In this document: piece by piece, positions 1 to 10,715 of the stretch
Position numbering within the stretch: position 1 is the first letter of the stretch
Layout: the number at the start of each line of letters is the position of its first letter
Assembly: GCA_963823655.1 (NCBI GenBank)
Contig: CAWGMK010000013.1
Span: 384,001-448,000, forward strand
Source of the DNA: an uncultured Bacillota bacterium
GTDB taxonomy: Bacteria > Bacillota > DTU025 > MWDF01
Length of the DNA: 64,000 nt
Direction: 5' to 3'
Notes under the pieces: model-generated
The model's input: the letters and a program-made list of their open reading frames with translations, nothing else
The model's database searches: none
Told to the model about the DNA's origin: nothing
Position numbers and translations under genes: made by a program

Positions 1-647
1 GAAAGCTTCATTGCGTCTATTGCCGCTCTGGTTATCTTTTGGGCGCCCTGGCTGCCACCGAAAACGAGCACCGTCTTAGAAGCCGGTTCCAATCCAAGCT
101 TCTCAAGAGCCTGCTGCCTGTTCGTGCCCGTTATGGAGGACCTTATAGGATTTCCGGTGTGCACTATCTCGGCATTGCCTTTGAAGCCCGACCTGGAGCC
201 CTCCCAGCTGATCGCCAGCCCTTTTGCGAACCTACCCAGCATCCTGTTGGCAAGCCCAGGATAGACATTCTGTTCGTGCAGTATAAGCGGCACTTTGCAA
301 AGAACGGCAGCAGCCCCTACAGGAAACGACGCGTACCCGCCCGTGCCGACTACCGCATCGGGTTTGAAATCCTTGATTATCCTAATAGCCTGGAACACTG
401 ATGTAAACGCCTTCCAGGCTGAGATTACCGCAGAAAAGCTTATGCTCCTATCGAGCCCTCTTATCTCAAGCGCCTTGAACTCGTAGCCCTCCCTGGGCAC
501 AAGCTCTCCCTCAAGCCCCTTGCGCCCGCCTACGTAAAGCAGCGCGGCTTTTGGGTATCTTGACATCAGCTCGCCTGCTACGGCGAGCGCCGGATATATG
601 TGTCCGCCGGTTCCCCCACCGGTCACTATGAAACGCGGATTAGGCAT
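1..647 (-). CDS. murG: MurG undecaprenyl-PP-MurNAc-pentapeptide GlcNAc transferase (5' part; runs off the window)
   Basis: Not in the ORF track because it has no stop in the window. Manual translation from ATG 647 (GGAGGT RBS) gives MPNPRFIVTGGGTGGHIYPALA...GTGGY...LHEQN...TGNPIR...FGGSQGA, all MurG motifs. Lies downstream of ftsW. Confidence 0.95.
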   Translation of the reverse strand, partial: MPNPRFIVTGGGTGGHIYPALAVAGELMSRYPKAALLYVGGRKGLEGELVPREGYEFKALEIRGLDRSISFSAVISAWKAFTSVFQAIRIIKDFKPDAVVGTGGYASFPVGAAAVLCKVPLILHEQNVYPGLANRMLGRFAKGLAISWEGSRSGFKGNAEIVHTGNPIRSSITGTNRQQALEKLGLEPASKTVLVFGGSQGAQKITRAAIDAMKL

Positions 648-665
648 TTATACCTCCGTTATTTG

Positions 666-1760
666 TCAGATGCTCCTAGAAATGTTCAGCAGCAGGCCGA
701 TCGCGGCCATGGTCGGCAGCATGGAAGAGCCCCCTGCCGATACCAGGGGCAATGTCATGCCTGTCACAGGCAGAAGGTTCGCGACGACGCCCATGTTTAT
801 GAAGGCCTGCAGCGCTATCCATATGGAAAGCCCGTAGGCGAGGTTCGCCCTGAAAGTGTCGTTTGCCAGGTTCGCGAGCCTCAGGCCCCTTATTGCGATG
901 ATGAGGAACATGAGCCCGAAGCCGGCGGTGCCCAGAAGGCCGAGCTCCTCGCCGACTACTGCGAAGATGAAGTCCGTGTGCTGTGCCGGGATATAGTACA
1001 TCTTCTGCCTTGATAGCCCCAGCCCAAGGCCCTTAATGCCGCCGGAGCCCAGAGCATAGAGCGTCTGAATGATCTGATATCCGGTAGATCTCGAATCGGA
1101 CCAGGGATTAAGGAAGCCCGTTATCCTTCGCCACCTGTACGGTTCCTGTATAGCCCATATGAAACCGCCTACCACGGCAGGCGCACCAATGGCCAGCAGC
1201 ACCCCTTTGTACTTGGTGTTGGTGAATACCATGGCAAGCCCGATTACTACGAAAAGCCCCGCGGTGCTGAAGTCCGGCTCCAGAAGCACAAGCCCTGCCA
1301 TGGAAGCCGAGATCACAATCGGAACCAGGACAGAATAGATGAAGTCGTATCTGCCCTGCCCTTCCACGAAATCGTAGTACCAGGCAAGCAGATATATCAT
1401 TGCGGGCTTTGCGAACTCCGATGGCTGCAACGTGCCCAGCCCGACGTCTATCCACCTTTTGGCGCCGCCTACCGTCTTGCCAATCACAAGGACCGCCGCA
1501 AGCGCGGCAAGCGCTGCCAAAAAGACCGGTATTGCCAGCTTCTTGGCGTTGTCAAGCTTCAGGCGCATGGTGAACAACATCGTCCCGACGCCGAGCACAA
1601 CCCATATTATCTGCCTTTTGATGTAGTGGAACATGTCTCCGTAATCAGCCAGGGCCTGCATCTGCGAGGAGCTGAAGACCATGACAAGGCCGCCTCCGAG
1701 CAGCAGCATCGCGGGCACGAATATCGACATGTCATAGTCCTTGCGCCTTATATCCCTCAT
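666..1760 (-). CDS. ftsW: SEDS-family peptidoglycan glycosyltransferase FtsW/SpoVE
   Basis: GAKRWI, LQPSEFAK, LEPDFST, HTDFIFAVVGEELG and LPLVSAGGSS motifs; dcw position. Confidence 0.93.
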   Translation of the reverse strand: MRDIRRKDYDMSIFVPAMLLLGGGLVMVFSSSQMQALADYGDMFHYIKRQIIWVVLGVGTMLFTMRLKLDNAKKLAIPVFLAALAALAAVLVIGKTVGGAKRWIDVGLGTLQPSEFAKPAMIYLLAWYYDFVEGQGRYDFIYSVLVPIVISASMAGLVLLEPDFSTAGLFVVIGLAMVFTNTKYKGVLLAIGAPAVVGGFIWAIQEPYRWRRITGFLNPWSDSRSTGYQIIQTLYALGSGGIKGLGLGLSRQKMYYIPAQHTDFIFAVVGEELGLLGTAGFGLMFLIIAIRGLRLANLANDTFRANLAYGLSIWIALQAFINMGVVANLLPVTGMTLPLVSAGGSSMLPTMAAIGLLLNISRSI

Positions 1761-1761
1761 C

Positions 1762-2715
1762 CTAACCTCTTAAGAAGATTACTAGCCCGAGCGCTCCGGT
1801 TATAAATGCCGCTATCCAGAAACCGACGGCCACATGAGTCTCAGGATACCCCAACAGCTCAAAATGATGATGTATGGGGGCCATCTTGAAAAGCCGTCTG
1901 TTTAGCTTGCGGATGTAATAGACCTGTATCACCGATGAGAGCACCTCTATTACGTAGAGGAGGCCTACTACTGCGAGCAGCACTTCATTCTTTGTAAGCA
2001 CGGCGAATGCCCCCAGCGCCCCTCCCAGCCCCAACGACCCCGTGTCGCCCATGAATACCAGGGCGGGGTGTGAGTTGAACATGAGGAAGGCAAGGCATGC
2101 GCCGACGAACGCGGCCGACAATGCGGCAAGCCCGTTTTGGTACTGCAGGAAGGCTATGACACCATAGGTGCCTATAGACGCAGCTGCGGCACCTGCCGCG
2201 AGCCCGTCGACGCCGTCTGCGAAGTTCACGCCATTGGCCGAGCCGATTACGATGAACATCGCAAACGGCACATAGAGCCATCCCATCTTCAACGGTGCTG
2301 CCACGAATGGTATATGGACATCCCCGCCCGATGTCGAATACGCGAACACGGCGAGGGCCCCTGCGAACAGGATCTGCCCAAGCAGCTTGTACCTGCCCAT
2401 AAGCCCCAGGCTGGCCTTGTGCCTTACCTTGAGGAAGTCATCCACGAAACCGATTGCCGCAAAGCCCGCCGCTGTTATGCACGTGGCGAAGACTTCAGGC
2501 GAAGCCGGTATGAAGAATATGAGCGATGCGAGCACCGCAAGGGCCATTATCGTCCCGCCCATGCTGGGAGTGCCCTGTTTTACCAGATGCGTCTGCGGGC
2601 CGTCGTCCCTTACGAACTGGCCCAGCTTGAACCTCTTTAACAATTTGATCGCCCACGGGGCCGCAAGTACCCCTACAAGGCAGGAAGCGGCGAATGAAAG
2701 AACGATGCTTTCCAT
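1762..2715 (-). CDS. mraY: Phospho-MurNAc-pentapeptide transferase MraY
   Basis: KQGTPSMGG, GFVDD, NFADGVDGL, FMGDTGSL and MAPIHHHFE motifs. Confidence 0.97.
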   Translation of the reverse strand: MESIVLSFAASCLVGVLAAPWAIKLLKRFKLGQFVRDDGPQTHLVKQGTPSMGGTIMALAVLASLIFFIPASPEVFATCITAAGFAAIGFVDDFLKVRHKASLGLMGRYKLLGQILFAGALAVFAYSTSGGDVHIPFVAAPLKMGWLYVPFAMFIVIGSANGVNFADGVDGLAAGAAAASIGTYGVIAFLQYQNGLAALSAAFVGACLAFLMFNSHPALVFMGDTGSLGLGGALGAFAVLTKNEVLLAVVGLLYVIEVLSSVIQVYYIRKLNRRLFKMAPIHHHFELLGYPETHVAVGFWIAAFITGALGLVIFLRG

Positions 2716-2730
2716 GTCTCACCTCAAATC

Positions 2731-4149
2731 TTAGTGGGCCGTTTCCTTCTCGCCTGTTAGCATCCTTACCACATGGTCCATGCCCACAGACCGGCTTCCC
2801 TTAACGAGGACCAGGCTTCCGGGCGTGGCTATTTCCAGTATCTTGTCCTTCGCCTGCTCATATGTGTCGGTGTGCTGCACTTTCTTATAGCCGCCCATTA
2901 GAAGCCCCTCATAAGTTCCATGGCCGAGCTTGCCCATGGTGACTATTCCGGCGATAGGCAATTTCGCAAGCTTCATTCCCAGCTCGTGATGCAAATCGAG
3001 CGACCTGGTGCCAAGCTCTACCATGCCGCCAAGCACCATGAACAGAGGCCGGCCGGCTGCCAGCGCGAAGGCCGATTCTGAGGCCGCCGGGACCGATTCC
3101 GGGTTGGCGTTGTAGGAATCATCGAGCACCTCGAAACCGAACAGCGATTTCTTGAGCGTCATCCTCATCGCTGAGGGTGTGAATGTGGCTATCGCAACCT
3201 TGGCATCCTCCGCCCCGACCCCTTCTGAAAGCCCCGCGCACAATGCTGCAAGCGCATTTCTTACCTGGTGAGATCCGGCAAACGGGACCTTCATGCCGGG
3301 GATGCTCGATGAAGATACCTTGAGAAGCTCAGTCGCCTTCTTAGATAGGACCACATCAAACGAGGTCCCTTCGCTGTCAGTGGCAAGATTTATGGCCCTG
3401 ATATCTGCGCACTCGCCGAGGCCATATGTAAGATATGGGCACTTGGCTGCCTCTTTCATGGCGAACACCCTTTGGTCGTCGCAGTTGATTATCGCAAGCC
3501 CGTCCTCAGGGAGGGCTTCTACAAGCTCCCTTTTCGCCTTCGCTATGCCCTCCTGGGAACCCAAAAACTCCATATGCATGCTGCCGACTATGGTGACTAT
3601 GCCCTTCTTAGGCTTCGCCAGCTCCGTAAGGTACTTGATCTGGCCGAAGTCAAGCATGGCCATCTCGATGACTGCCGCCTCGTGATGGTGCTCCATATTC
3701 AAAAGCGTAAGCGGACACCCTATCTCCGTGTTCAGGTTGCCCATTGTCTTGAGCACCTTGTACTTCTTCGACAGGACTGCCGCCGTCATGTCCTTTGTGG
3801 TGGTCTTTCCGGCGGATCCGGTCACGCCGAAGACGATCGGGCTGAAGCGTTCCCTGTGGTGCTTCGCCATCAGGCCCAGGGCAAGGATTACGTCTTCTAC
3901 CAGTATCAGGCTCATGCCCTCCGGTACTTGTCCGGGTATCCTTGACACCAGAGCCGCCCTGGCACCGTTTTCGAAGGCGCCGGCAAGGTGGTCATGTCCG
4001 TCGGTCTTCTCACCTTTCAGGGCGACGAAGAGCCAGGAATCCCCTTTGTGCCTGCTATCCGACGCAAAACCCTTAATGATGCTATCGGCCGGGCCACTGG
4101 CTAGCTTTCCGCCCGATACCTCGATAAGCCACGCAAGCTCGAAATTCAT
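2731..4149 (-). CDS. murF: MurF D-Ala-D-Ala-adding ligase
   Basis: DSR, GVTGSAGKTTTK, GNLNTEIG, DSYNANPES and LVKGSR motifs. Confidence 0.95.
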   Translation of the reverse strand: MNFELAWLIEVSGGKLASGPADSIIKGFASDSRHKGDSWLFVALKGEKTDGHDHLAGAFENGARAALVSRIPGQVPEGMSLILVEDVILALGLMAKHHRERFSPIVFGVTGSAGKTTTKDMTAAVLSKKYKVLKTMGNLNTEIGCPLTLLNMEHHHEAAVIEMAMLDFGQIKYLTELAKPKKGIVTIVGSMHMEFLGSQEGIAKAKRELVEALPEDGLAIINCDDQRVFAMKEAAKCPYLTYGLGECADIRAINLATDSEGTSFDVVLSKKATELLKVSSSSIPGMKVPFAGSHQVRNALAALCAGLSEGVGAEDAKVAIATFTPSAMRMTLKKSLFGFEVLDDSYNANPESVPAASESAFALAAGRPLFMVLGGMVELGTRSLDLHHELGMKLAKLPIAGIVTMGKLGHGTYEGLLMGGYKKVQHTDTYEQAKDKILEIATPGSLVLVKGSRSVGMDHVVRMLTGEKETAH

Positions 4150-5644
4150 CTTGTGATCCGCTCCTTTATCGCGGCCGCGGCCTCTTCCCTGTCGTCGAAA
4201 TGGATGACCTTCTGGCCGGTCTTCTGATATGTTTCGGCTCCCTTTCCCGCGATTAGCACTGTATCCCCGGATTTCGCTGAGCCGATTGCCTTCCTTATCG
4301 CGATTCCCCTGTCCCTTTCTATCTCGTAGGGCGTGCCTTCATTCAAGCCGGCCCTAATATCGTCGATGATATTCTCGGGCTCCTCGTCCAACGGGTTGTC
4401 ATGTGTGACGAATACCCTGTCGGCAAGCTTCTGCGAGATGCTTGCCATCCATGGCCTGTTGGTCCTGTCCCGGTTCCCACAGCAGCCGAATACTACAATC
4501 AGATCGCCTTTGGTGAACTCCCTGGCCGTGGCAAGTGCGCTTTCAAGGCTCTCAGGATTGTGCGCAAAGTCCACTATTACGCTGAAATCCTGGCCGGCAT
4601 CGACTTTCTCGAACCTTCCTGGGACCCCATGGAAGCCGGAAAGCGCCGCTGCAGATTCCTCAAGCCCCACCCCTAAGGGCAAGCACGCCCCAATCGCTGC
4701 CAGGCAGTTGTAGACGTTGAATGTTCCGATCAGCCCGGTATTGACGGCAACGTCCGCGCCATCGAGGGTCCTAACGTGGAAGCTCGTTGACGTCGGCCCC
4801 TTCTCGATTTCGTCGGCATAGAGGTAGGCCCCATTTGACAGCCCGTATGTAATGCCTCTGGCCCCGGCCTCCCTGGCCTGCCTTCCCATGTAGTCCGCGT
4901 ACTTGTCATCGGCATTAATAACTGCGGCCCTGTGCCCCTGCTTCTGGGATTCCTCCTGGCATTTCCCGAGCGAGGAGAAGAGCTTCGCCTTTGACATTAC
5001 GTAGCCCTCATATGTCAGATGGTAGTCAAGATGGTCGTGGCCCATGTTTGTAAGCACACCGACATCGAAGCAGACATCCTCCACCCTGCCCTGAGCAAGC
5101 GCATGCGAGGAGACTTCCATTATGCAGGCGGTGCAGCCTGCGATAAGCATCTCAGACATATAGCCCGCAATATCGAGCGATTCCGGCGTCGTGTTCACCG
5201 CGTTTATCTTCCTGAGGCCGGTCTTATATTCCAATGAACCCAGCATCCCGCACTTTATGCCGTTGCTGCTGAGTATTCGTTCGACAAGGTAGGCCGTCGT
5301 GGTCTTGCCCTTGGTGCCCGTAATGCCGATGACCTTGAGCCTGGCGGAAGGGTAATTGAAGAACCTTGCGGCTATCTTTGACAAAGCCGCCCTGCAATCG
5401 TCGACCTTGATTGCGACAACACCGTCAGGAATTGCGATAGCGCGGCTGTGTACGACTGCCAAGCCCCTCTTTCGCAGGCGGACTTTACGAAATCGTGCCC
5501 ATCGAGCTTCGCGCCAATCAGGGCAACATATAAGTCGCCGGGCTGGACCTGCCTTGAGTCATAGCAGACCCTGTTTATCTCGATGTCCTCGATTGCCGTC
5601 AGCTCAGACGGGCCTATTCCATCGACTAGTTCGGAAAGCTTCAT
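4146..5644 (-). CDS. murE: MurE UDP-MurNAc-tripeptide ligase (one-base frameshift near 5460, probably an artefact)
   Basis: N-terminal MKLSEL...YDSRQV...DGHDF (ORF 5372..5656) joins GITGTKGKTT, TTPES, MEVSSH, DHLDYH, VPGRFE, DFAHNP, IAGKG (ORF 4146..5462). Confidence 0.93.
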
Positions 5645-5666
5645 GCCACACCTCAATGAATGCGAT

Positions 5667-7804
5667 TTACTGCTGTCTCAACCAGACAGTAATCTGTGTG
5701 CCCTTCAAGTACCTGCCCCCTGCGGCAGGCTCCTGCTTATATACTATGCCGCTTCCCACAGGCGTCAGCGAAAAGCCTGACAGACCGGCCGAAAGCGCTG
5801 CATTTTTCAAAGATTTCCCCCTCAGGTCGGGAATCGTCGCATCGAGCTTGCCCTTCTCGGAGGATGAGGCAGCATCTTGAAAGTATACCACCACGGCTGA
5901 GCCTTCAAGCGCCATCGTCCCGGCCTTGGCACCATCTCCGTCGCCCTGCTGCCGGTGCCCTCGGACGCCAGCACGAAGCCGGATGAGCGCATCGCCGAAT
6001 TTGCCTGGTACTTGGTCATGCCGATTACGTTTGGCACTTGTTTAAGCCCTGCTGCTTTCGTCTTATCCGCCTCGCTGATGCTCGGGGCTATGCCCATATA
6101 TCTCATGACTTCGGCCGCGGCCTGCTTGAAGACGGGGGCTGCGATCGTGCCGCCGTACCTGTTGGATGAGGATGGTTCGTCGACCGAAATCAGCATCACA
6201 ATCTTCGGGTCTTCCGCCGGTATGTAGCCCATGAACGAAGCAGTGTTCTCGCTGCCGTAGCCGCCCGTGGCGGCCGGTTTCTGGGATGTGCCGGTCTTGC
6301 CTGCGATGCTGTAGCCCTGCGGTATTGCCTTGCTTCCGATGATCAGCGTTACTTCATGCATCATATACTGCATCTTGGCGATAGTATCCGCCGACAGCAC
6401 CTGCCTCAGCTTCGTGGGCTTGAAGCTCTTCACCACATTGCCGTCGGAGTCCCTGAGCTCTTTGACCATGTAAGGCCTCATAAGGGAGCCTCCGTTGGCG
6501 ATTGCGCTCATCGCGGATATCAGCTGTATTCCGGTCACCGAGATGCCCTGGCCGAATGCGGATGTTGCCTGCTCGACAAGCCTGAAATTCTCGGGTTTGT
6601 GCATTATGCCGGTCGCCTCTCCCGGGAAGTCTATGCCCTGTCTTGAGGCCGAAATCCATATGCCTGGAAATAATGAGTAAGCCTGTCGGGTCCCAATTTC
6701 AGAGCAATCGAGCTGAAAACGGGGTTGCAGGAGTTGGCCATCGCTTCGACAAGCGTCTGCTCTCCGTGCCCCGGCAGCTTCCAGCAGTTTATCCTCGCGT
6801 CAGCGACTCGTATGTAGCCCGGGTCGTAGAACATCTCATCAAGCCTTACCAGGTTGTCCTCCAGGGCCGCTGCCGCAATGAAGGTTTTCATTGTGGAGCC
6901 CGGTTCGTACTGGTCAGTTATCGGCACAAGCCTTCTGTCCTTATTGGAGGTCTTCAGAGGGTCATTAGGATTTATAAACGGATAACTAGCCGCAGCAAGC
7001 ACCTCTCCTGTAAAAGGATCCATTGCCAACACGAAACCGCTTTTTGCGCCGAACTCCTTGACCGCGCTCTCCAGATGCTTCTCGCAGCTGTACTGTATGT
7101 TCTCGTCTATGGTAAGCACGACGTCGAGCCCATCCACTGCAGGCGTGAAGATCTCCTGCCCGCCGGCGATGACATTGCCCTTCGCGTCCTTCTCGACCTG
7201 CCTTAGGCCGGGCGTACCTGCAAGATAGGAATTGTAGTAGGCCTCAATCCCTTCAAGGCCCTGATTGTCGCTTCCGGCAAATCCTATCAGCTGCCCCGCC
7301 AGGCTGCCCTTGGGATAGAAACGCTGCCCCTGCTGTACGATGGTAAGGCCGCTTATCCTCTGCGTCGCTATGGTCTGCAGAGCTTCGTAGCTTACCTTCC
7401 TTCGCTATTATGCTGGGCTTCTGGCCAAGCTTGATCTGCTCGGCCAGCTTATTCTTGTCGACGCCGAGTATAGGGGCCAGCTTGGCTGCGGTAGCGGCAG
7501 TGTCCTTAAGATCCTGCGGCCTGACATAAATCGAGTTGGAAGTTGTGCTGTAGGCAAGCTCAATCCCGTTCCTGTCGAGGATCCTGCCGCGAACCGGTTC
7601 TACCGCGGACGGCTTCACCCTCTGGGCTAGAGCCTCTTCGGCATACTCGGCGGCTTTGAATATCTGTATGTAAGATAATCTGATGAAGAGTACTGAGTAT
7701 AGGAATATGACCAGGATCAATGACAACCAAATGCCATTGATCCTGGTCCTTTTAGTTCCATCTATACCCTCAGGCCTGATCTTGCGCCTGTCTTGCGGGT
7801 TCAC
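5667..7804 (-). CDS. Class B penicillin-binding protein (FtsI/SpoVD-like) with two C-terminal PASTA domains; four frameshifts
   Basis: Fragments 7253..7804, 6631..7137, 5822..6604 and 5667..5915 join into one protein: TM anchor, RGRILDRNG, EPGSTMK (SxxK), SCN (SxN), KTGT, then VPNVIG and IPDLRG PASTA repeats. Confidence 0.92.
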
Positions 7805-7824
7805 ATTGGATCAACCCCAATATA

Positions 7825-8394
7825 TCACTGCAGTACATCCGGGAGGCTGCCGTTGGAGTTGGCATGCCAGGTGGATATCATGCTTGAAGTCGCGCTGATA
7901 GCTGTGCTCCTGAGCCATGAGCCGAATACCGCCAGCACCGTGGGTACTTCGAAATTGAGCCGGGCGGTCTCCGCCTTTTCTTCTGCCGGCTTGGCAGCTG
8001 CAACCTCCACAGGTTCGTCAGAGCTGTCAACCAGCAGCACAGCCACTTTCTTGGCATCCACCATACCGAGCTTCACCCTGGCAATTGTCTCCACTTTAGA
8101 TATGGAGGTCAGCTCGGCCAGCTCCATGCTCCTCTCGTTGTAAAGCTGCTTCAATCCCGCGATCTGCTCCTCAAGCGTCTCCAAATGCGAGTAAGCCGAA
8201 ATCAGGGCAGAACGCTGGGCGAGATATCCCATGGCGACTAATACAGCAATGAATATTATAACAGAAACCGAAAGCATGATGGCGTTCGAATTGGAGACGC
8301 GAGCACGCCTTACAGCCCTGTTATCCGGCCTTTTTGCGGGCTTGGCCGTCCTCTTTAGGGAAATCGGTTTCGAGTTGGCGTATATCCTCATCAC
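7825..8394 (-). CDS. FtsL-like cell division protein with a long C-terminal extension
   Basis: Basic N-terminus, one TM helix, coiled coil and IARVKLGM motif; located between rsmH and the PBP. Confidence 0.75.
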   Translation of the reverse strand: MMRIYANSKPISLKRTAKPAKRPDNRAVRRARVSNSNAIMLSVSVIIFIAVLVAMGYLAQRSALISAYSHLETLEEQIAGLKQLYNERSMELAELTSISKVETIARVKLGMVDAKKVAVLLVDSSDEPVEVAAAKPAEEKAETARLNFEVPTVLAVFGSWLRSTAISATSSMISTWHANSNGSLPDVLQ

Positions 8395-8398
8395 AATA

Positions 8399-9351
8399 TC
8401 ACTCCTGCCATGTGATTTTCTCGGCTGCCCTCAATTTCGCGCTGCGTGACCTGGGGTTCCTTTCGATCTCGCCCTCGGTGGGAAGGATTGGCTTCTTTGT
8501 GATGATCTTTACCTTTGCCTTGAGCCCGCAAACGCAAATGGGTATGTCCGGCGGGCATGTACACGGGTTCTCGCTCTGTCTGAAAAGGTTCTTCACTATC
8601 CTGTCCTCGAGGGAGTGATAGCTTATAACCGCTATCCTTCCGCCGGGGTTTAATGCGTCGATTGCCTTGGGAATCCCGGCTGCGATGTTATCAAGCTCAG
8701 TGTTGACCGCTATCCTCAGGGCCTGGAAAGTCCTTCTTGCCGGATGCTGCCCTTTTTCCCGGGCCCCTTTCGGTATGGCGGCTTCGATTATTTCAATGAG
8801 CCCGGTGGTTGTGGTAATCCTTCGCTCAAGCCTTGCGGCAATTATGAATTTGGCAACTCTTACGGCCCACTTCTCTTCGCCGAAATCCCTGAGTATACTA
8901 ATCAGCCGTTTTTCATCCGCCCCGTTTACTATGTCTTCCGCGGTTCTTCCATTGGAGCGGTCCATCCTCATGTCCAGCGGGGCCTCTTCCCTGTATGTGA
9001 AACCCCTTTCCGATTTATCGAGCTGGAAGGAGCTGACTCCTAAGATCGAAAAGGATTGCATCCACACCTGCAATGCCGAGGTTCGAGAGGACGCTGTCCA
9101 ATTCCACATATGATGCCTTCACGACGCTGACTTTGCAGCCGGCTCCGGAGAGCCTTCGATTCTGCCGCCTCTATCGCGTCCTTGTCGACATCAAGGCCGA
9201 TCACCATCCCGCCCGGGGAAACCCTCTTCGCCGCCTCTATCGCATGTCCCGCGCCGCCAAGCGTGCAGTCCAGGTAGATGCCGCCGGGTCTGAGGTTCAG
9301 GATGTCAAGGATTTCGCCGATCATCACCGGCTCGTGTTCGAAGCTTTTCAT
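8399..9351 (-). CDS. rsmH: 16S rRNA m4C1402 methyltransferase RsmH (two +1 frameshifts, near 9155 and 9042)
   Basis: HEPVM, DCTLGGAGH, LGVSSFQLD, RGF, PLDMRMD, FQALRIAVN and NPRSRSAKLR motifs. Confidence 0.95.
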
Positions 9352-9792
9352 AACCCCTTCTTGTAGGCGGCATCGGCAAGGCCCTCAGCCATCTTCTCGT
9401 AAAGGGGAAGCGTCTCTTCCTCGTATTTCTCGTAAATCTCCGCGGCCCATATCTCAAAGCGGTTGTTGGCGCCCTGCGATTACGATGTCTTTTGTTATGG
9501 ATGCCGCTTCGCGCAGCCTCTGGGGCAATACGACCCTTCCTTGCTTGTCGAGCTCGCACTCCTCAGCCTTGGCCATGATCGTCCTTATGTACTGCCTTAC
9601 GTCCTTGCTTTCGATTGGCATTGAGCTTAAGCTTTCGATGTATTTCTGGAATTCCGCTGTCGGGTAGCAAGCAAGGCAGCCGTCCAGACCCCTTGTGGCC
9701 ATGAACTTGCCCTGAAGAGATGAGCGATACTTGGATGGGACGATGATTTGGTTCTTCTCGTCCAGCGAATGCCTGTATTCACCCGTGAACAT
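9348..9792 (-). CDS. mraZ: Transcriptional regulator MraZ (+1 frameshift near 9472)
   Basis: MFTGEYRHSLDEK...GLDGCL...DKQGRV; removing one G restores GANNRFEIW...; its TGA overlaps the rsmH ATG. Confidence 0.93.
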
Positions 9793-9800
9793 CCTCCCAC

Positions 9801-9836
9801 CTCCCATGTACTCCATTTTACACCACTTCACTCCAC
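9801..9836 (-). promoter_or_regulatory. MraZ binding repeats
   Basis: Minus strand reads GTGGAG, GTGGTG, ATGGAG, TGGGAG at an exact 10-bp period just upstream of mraZ, matching the GTGG[A/T]G MraZ repeats of Bacillota. Confidence 0.85.
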
Positions 9837-9880
9837 TACGCCATAATTTTTCGCTATCAAATGCCAGATTCCTGCAAAAG

Positions 9881-9913
9881 AAAAATAAAAAAACGCCGAT
9901 TGTAAAATCGGCG
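9881..9913 (-). terminator. Intrinsic terminator after ymdB
   Basis: CGCCGATT-loop-AATCGGCG stem followed on the minus strand by a long T tract. Confidence 0.85.
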
Positions 9914-9941
9914 CCTAAATGCCCATTATATTGGCCTTTAT

Positions 9942-10715
9942 TTAGATTACGAAGTTCACCCTGTTGATGGATCGGGCCTTCCCGGTGGAATGGTCGATGT
10001 CGATCATCACGCCGTTTATCATAGGCCGCCCTCCACCGACTTCGAATTTGGTGGGCATCCCGTTTAAAAACCTGGGAATGACCGTCTCGCTTGCCATGCC
10101 TATAACCGAGTCAAGGGGCCCGCACATGCCCGCGTCCGAGATATATGCAGTGCCGCCCGGCAGCACCCTGTCGTCGGCCGTCTGCACATGTGTGTGCGTT
10201 CCTATTACTGCGGCCACCTTCCCGTCAAGGTACATGCCAAGCGCAACTTTCTCTGAGGTGGCTTCCGCATGGAAGTCCACAAGTATGGCATCCGCATCGG
10301 AGCCTATTTGCGAGATCAGCTGATCGGCCTTCCTGAAGGGGCAATCGTTTCCTCCCATGAAGACCCTTCCCTGAAGGTTTACGACAGCGAGCCTGAAGGA
10401 GTTAGATTTGACTATGCAGTAACCTTTGCCCGGTACTCCTTCCGGGTAATTGGCAGGGCGGACTATCCGGTCCATGTCCGAAATCCTCTCTGCCATCTCC
10501 TTCTTGTTCCATACATGGTTTCCCGTAGTAATGGCATGCACGCCCAGCTCGAGAAGCTGCCTTGCCGTATCGGGGGTTATGCCGATACCGCCTGATGCGT
10601 TCTCGCCGTTTATAATGACAAAGTCGGCGCCCAGAGACCCTGCATAATCTATGCCTGCCTCAAGCGCCGCCCTGCCCGGTTTCCCTACTATATCGCCGAA
10701 GAAGGCCACCTTCAC
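9942..10715 (-). CDS. ymdB: YmdB / TIGR00282 2',3'-cyclic nucleotide phosphodiesterase
   Basis: GDIVG, NGENA, GNHVW, DFHAEATSEK and GTHTHV motifs; downstream of rny. Confidence 0.93.
   Translation of the reverse strand: MKVAFFGDIVGKPGRAALEAGIDYAGSLGADFVIINGENASGGIGITPDTARQLLELGVHAITTGNHVWNKKEMAERISDMDRIVRPANYPEGVPGKGYCIVKSNSFRLAVVNLQGRVFMGGNDCPFRKADQLISQIGSDADAILVDFHAEATSEKVALGMYLDGKVAAVIGTHTHVQTADDRVLPGGTAYISDAGMCGPLDSVIGMASETVIPRFLNGMPTKFEVGGGRPMINGVMIDIDHSTGKARSINRVNFVI

Noticed and set aside
5372-9831. Split dcw genes as pseudogenes (cell-wall loss) or programmed frameshifts
   Set aside because: Each break is one base with no slippery heptamer and no other decay, and the same pattern hits alaS and recA, so sequencing error is more parsimonious.
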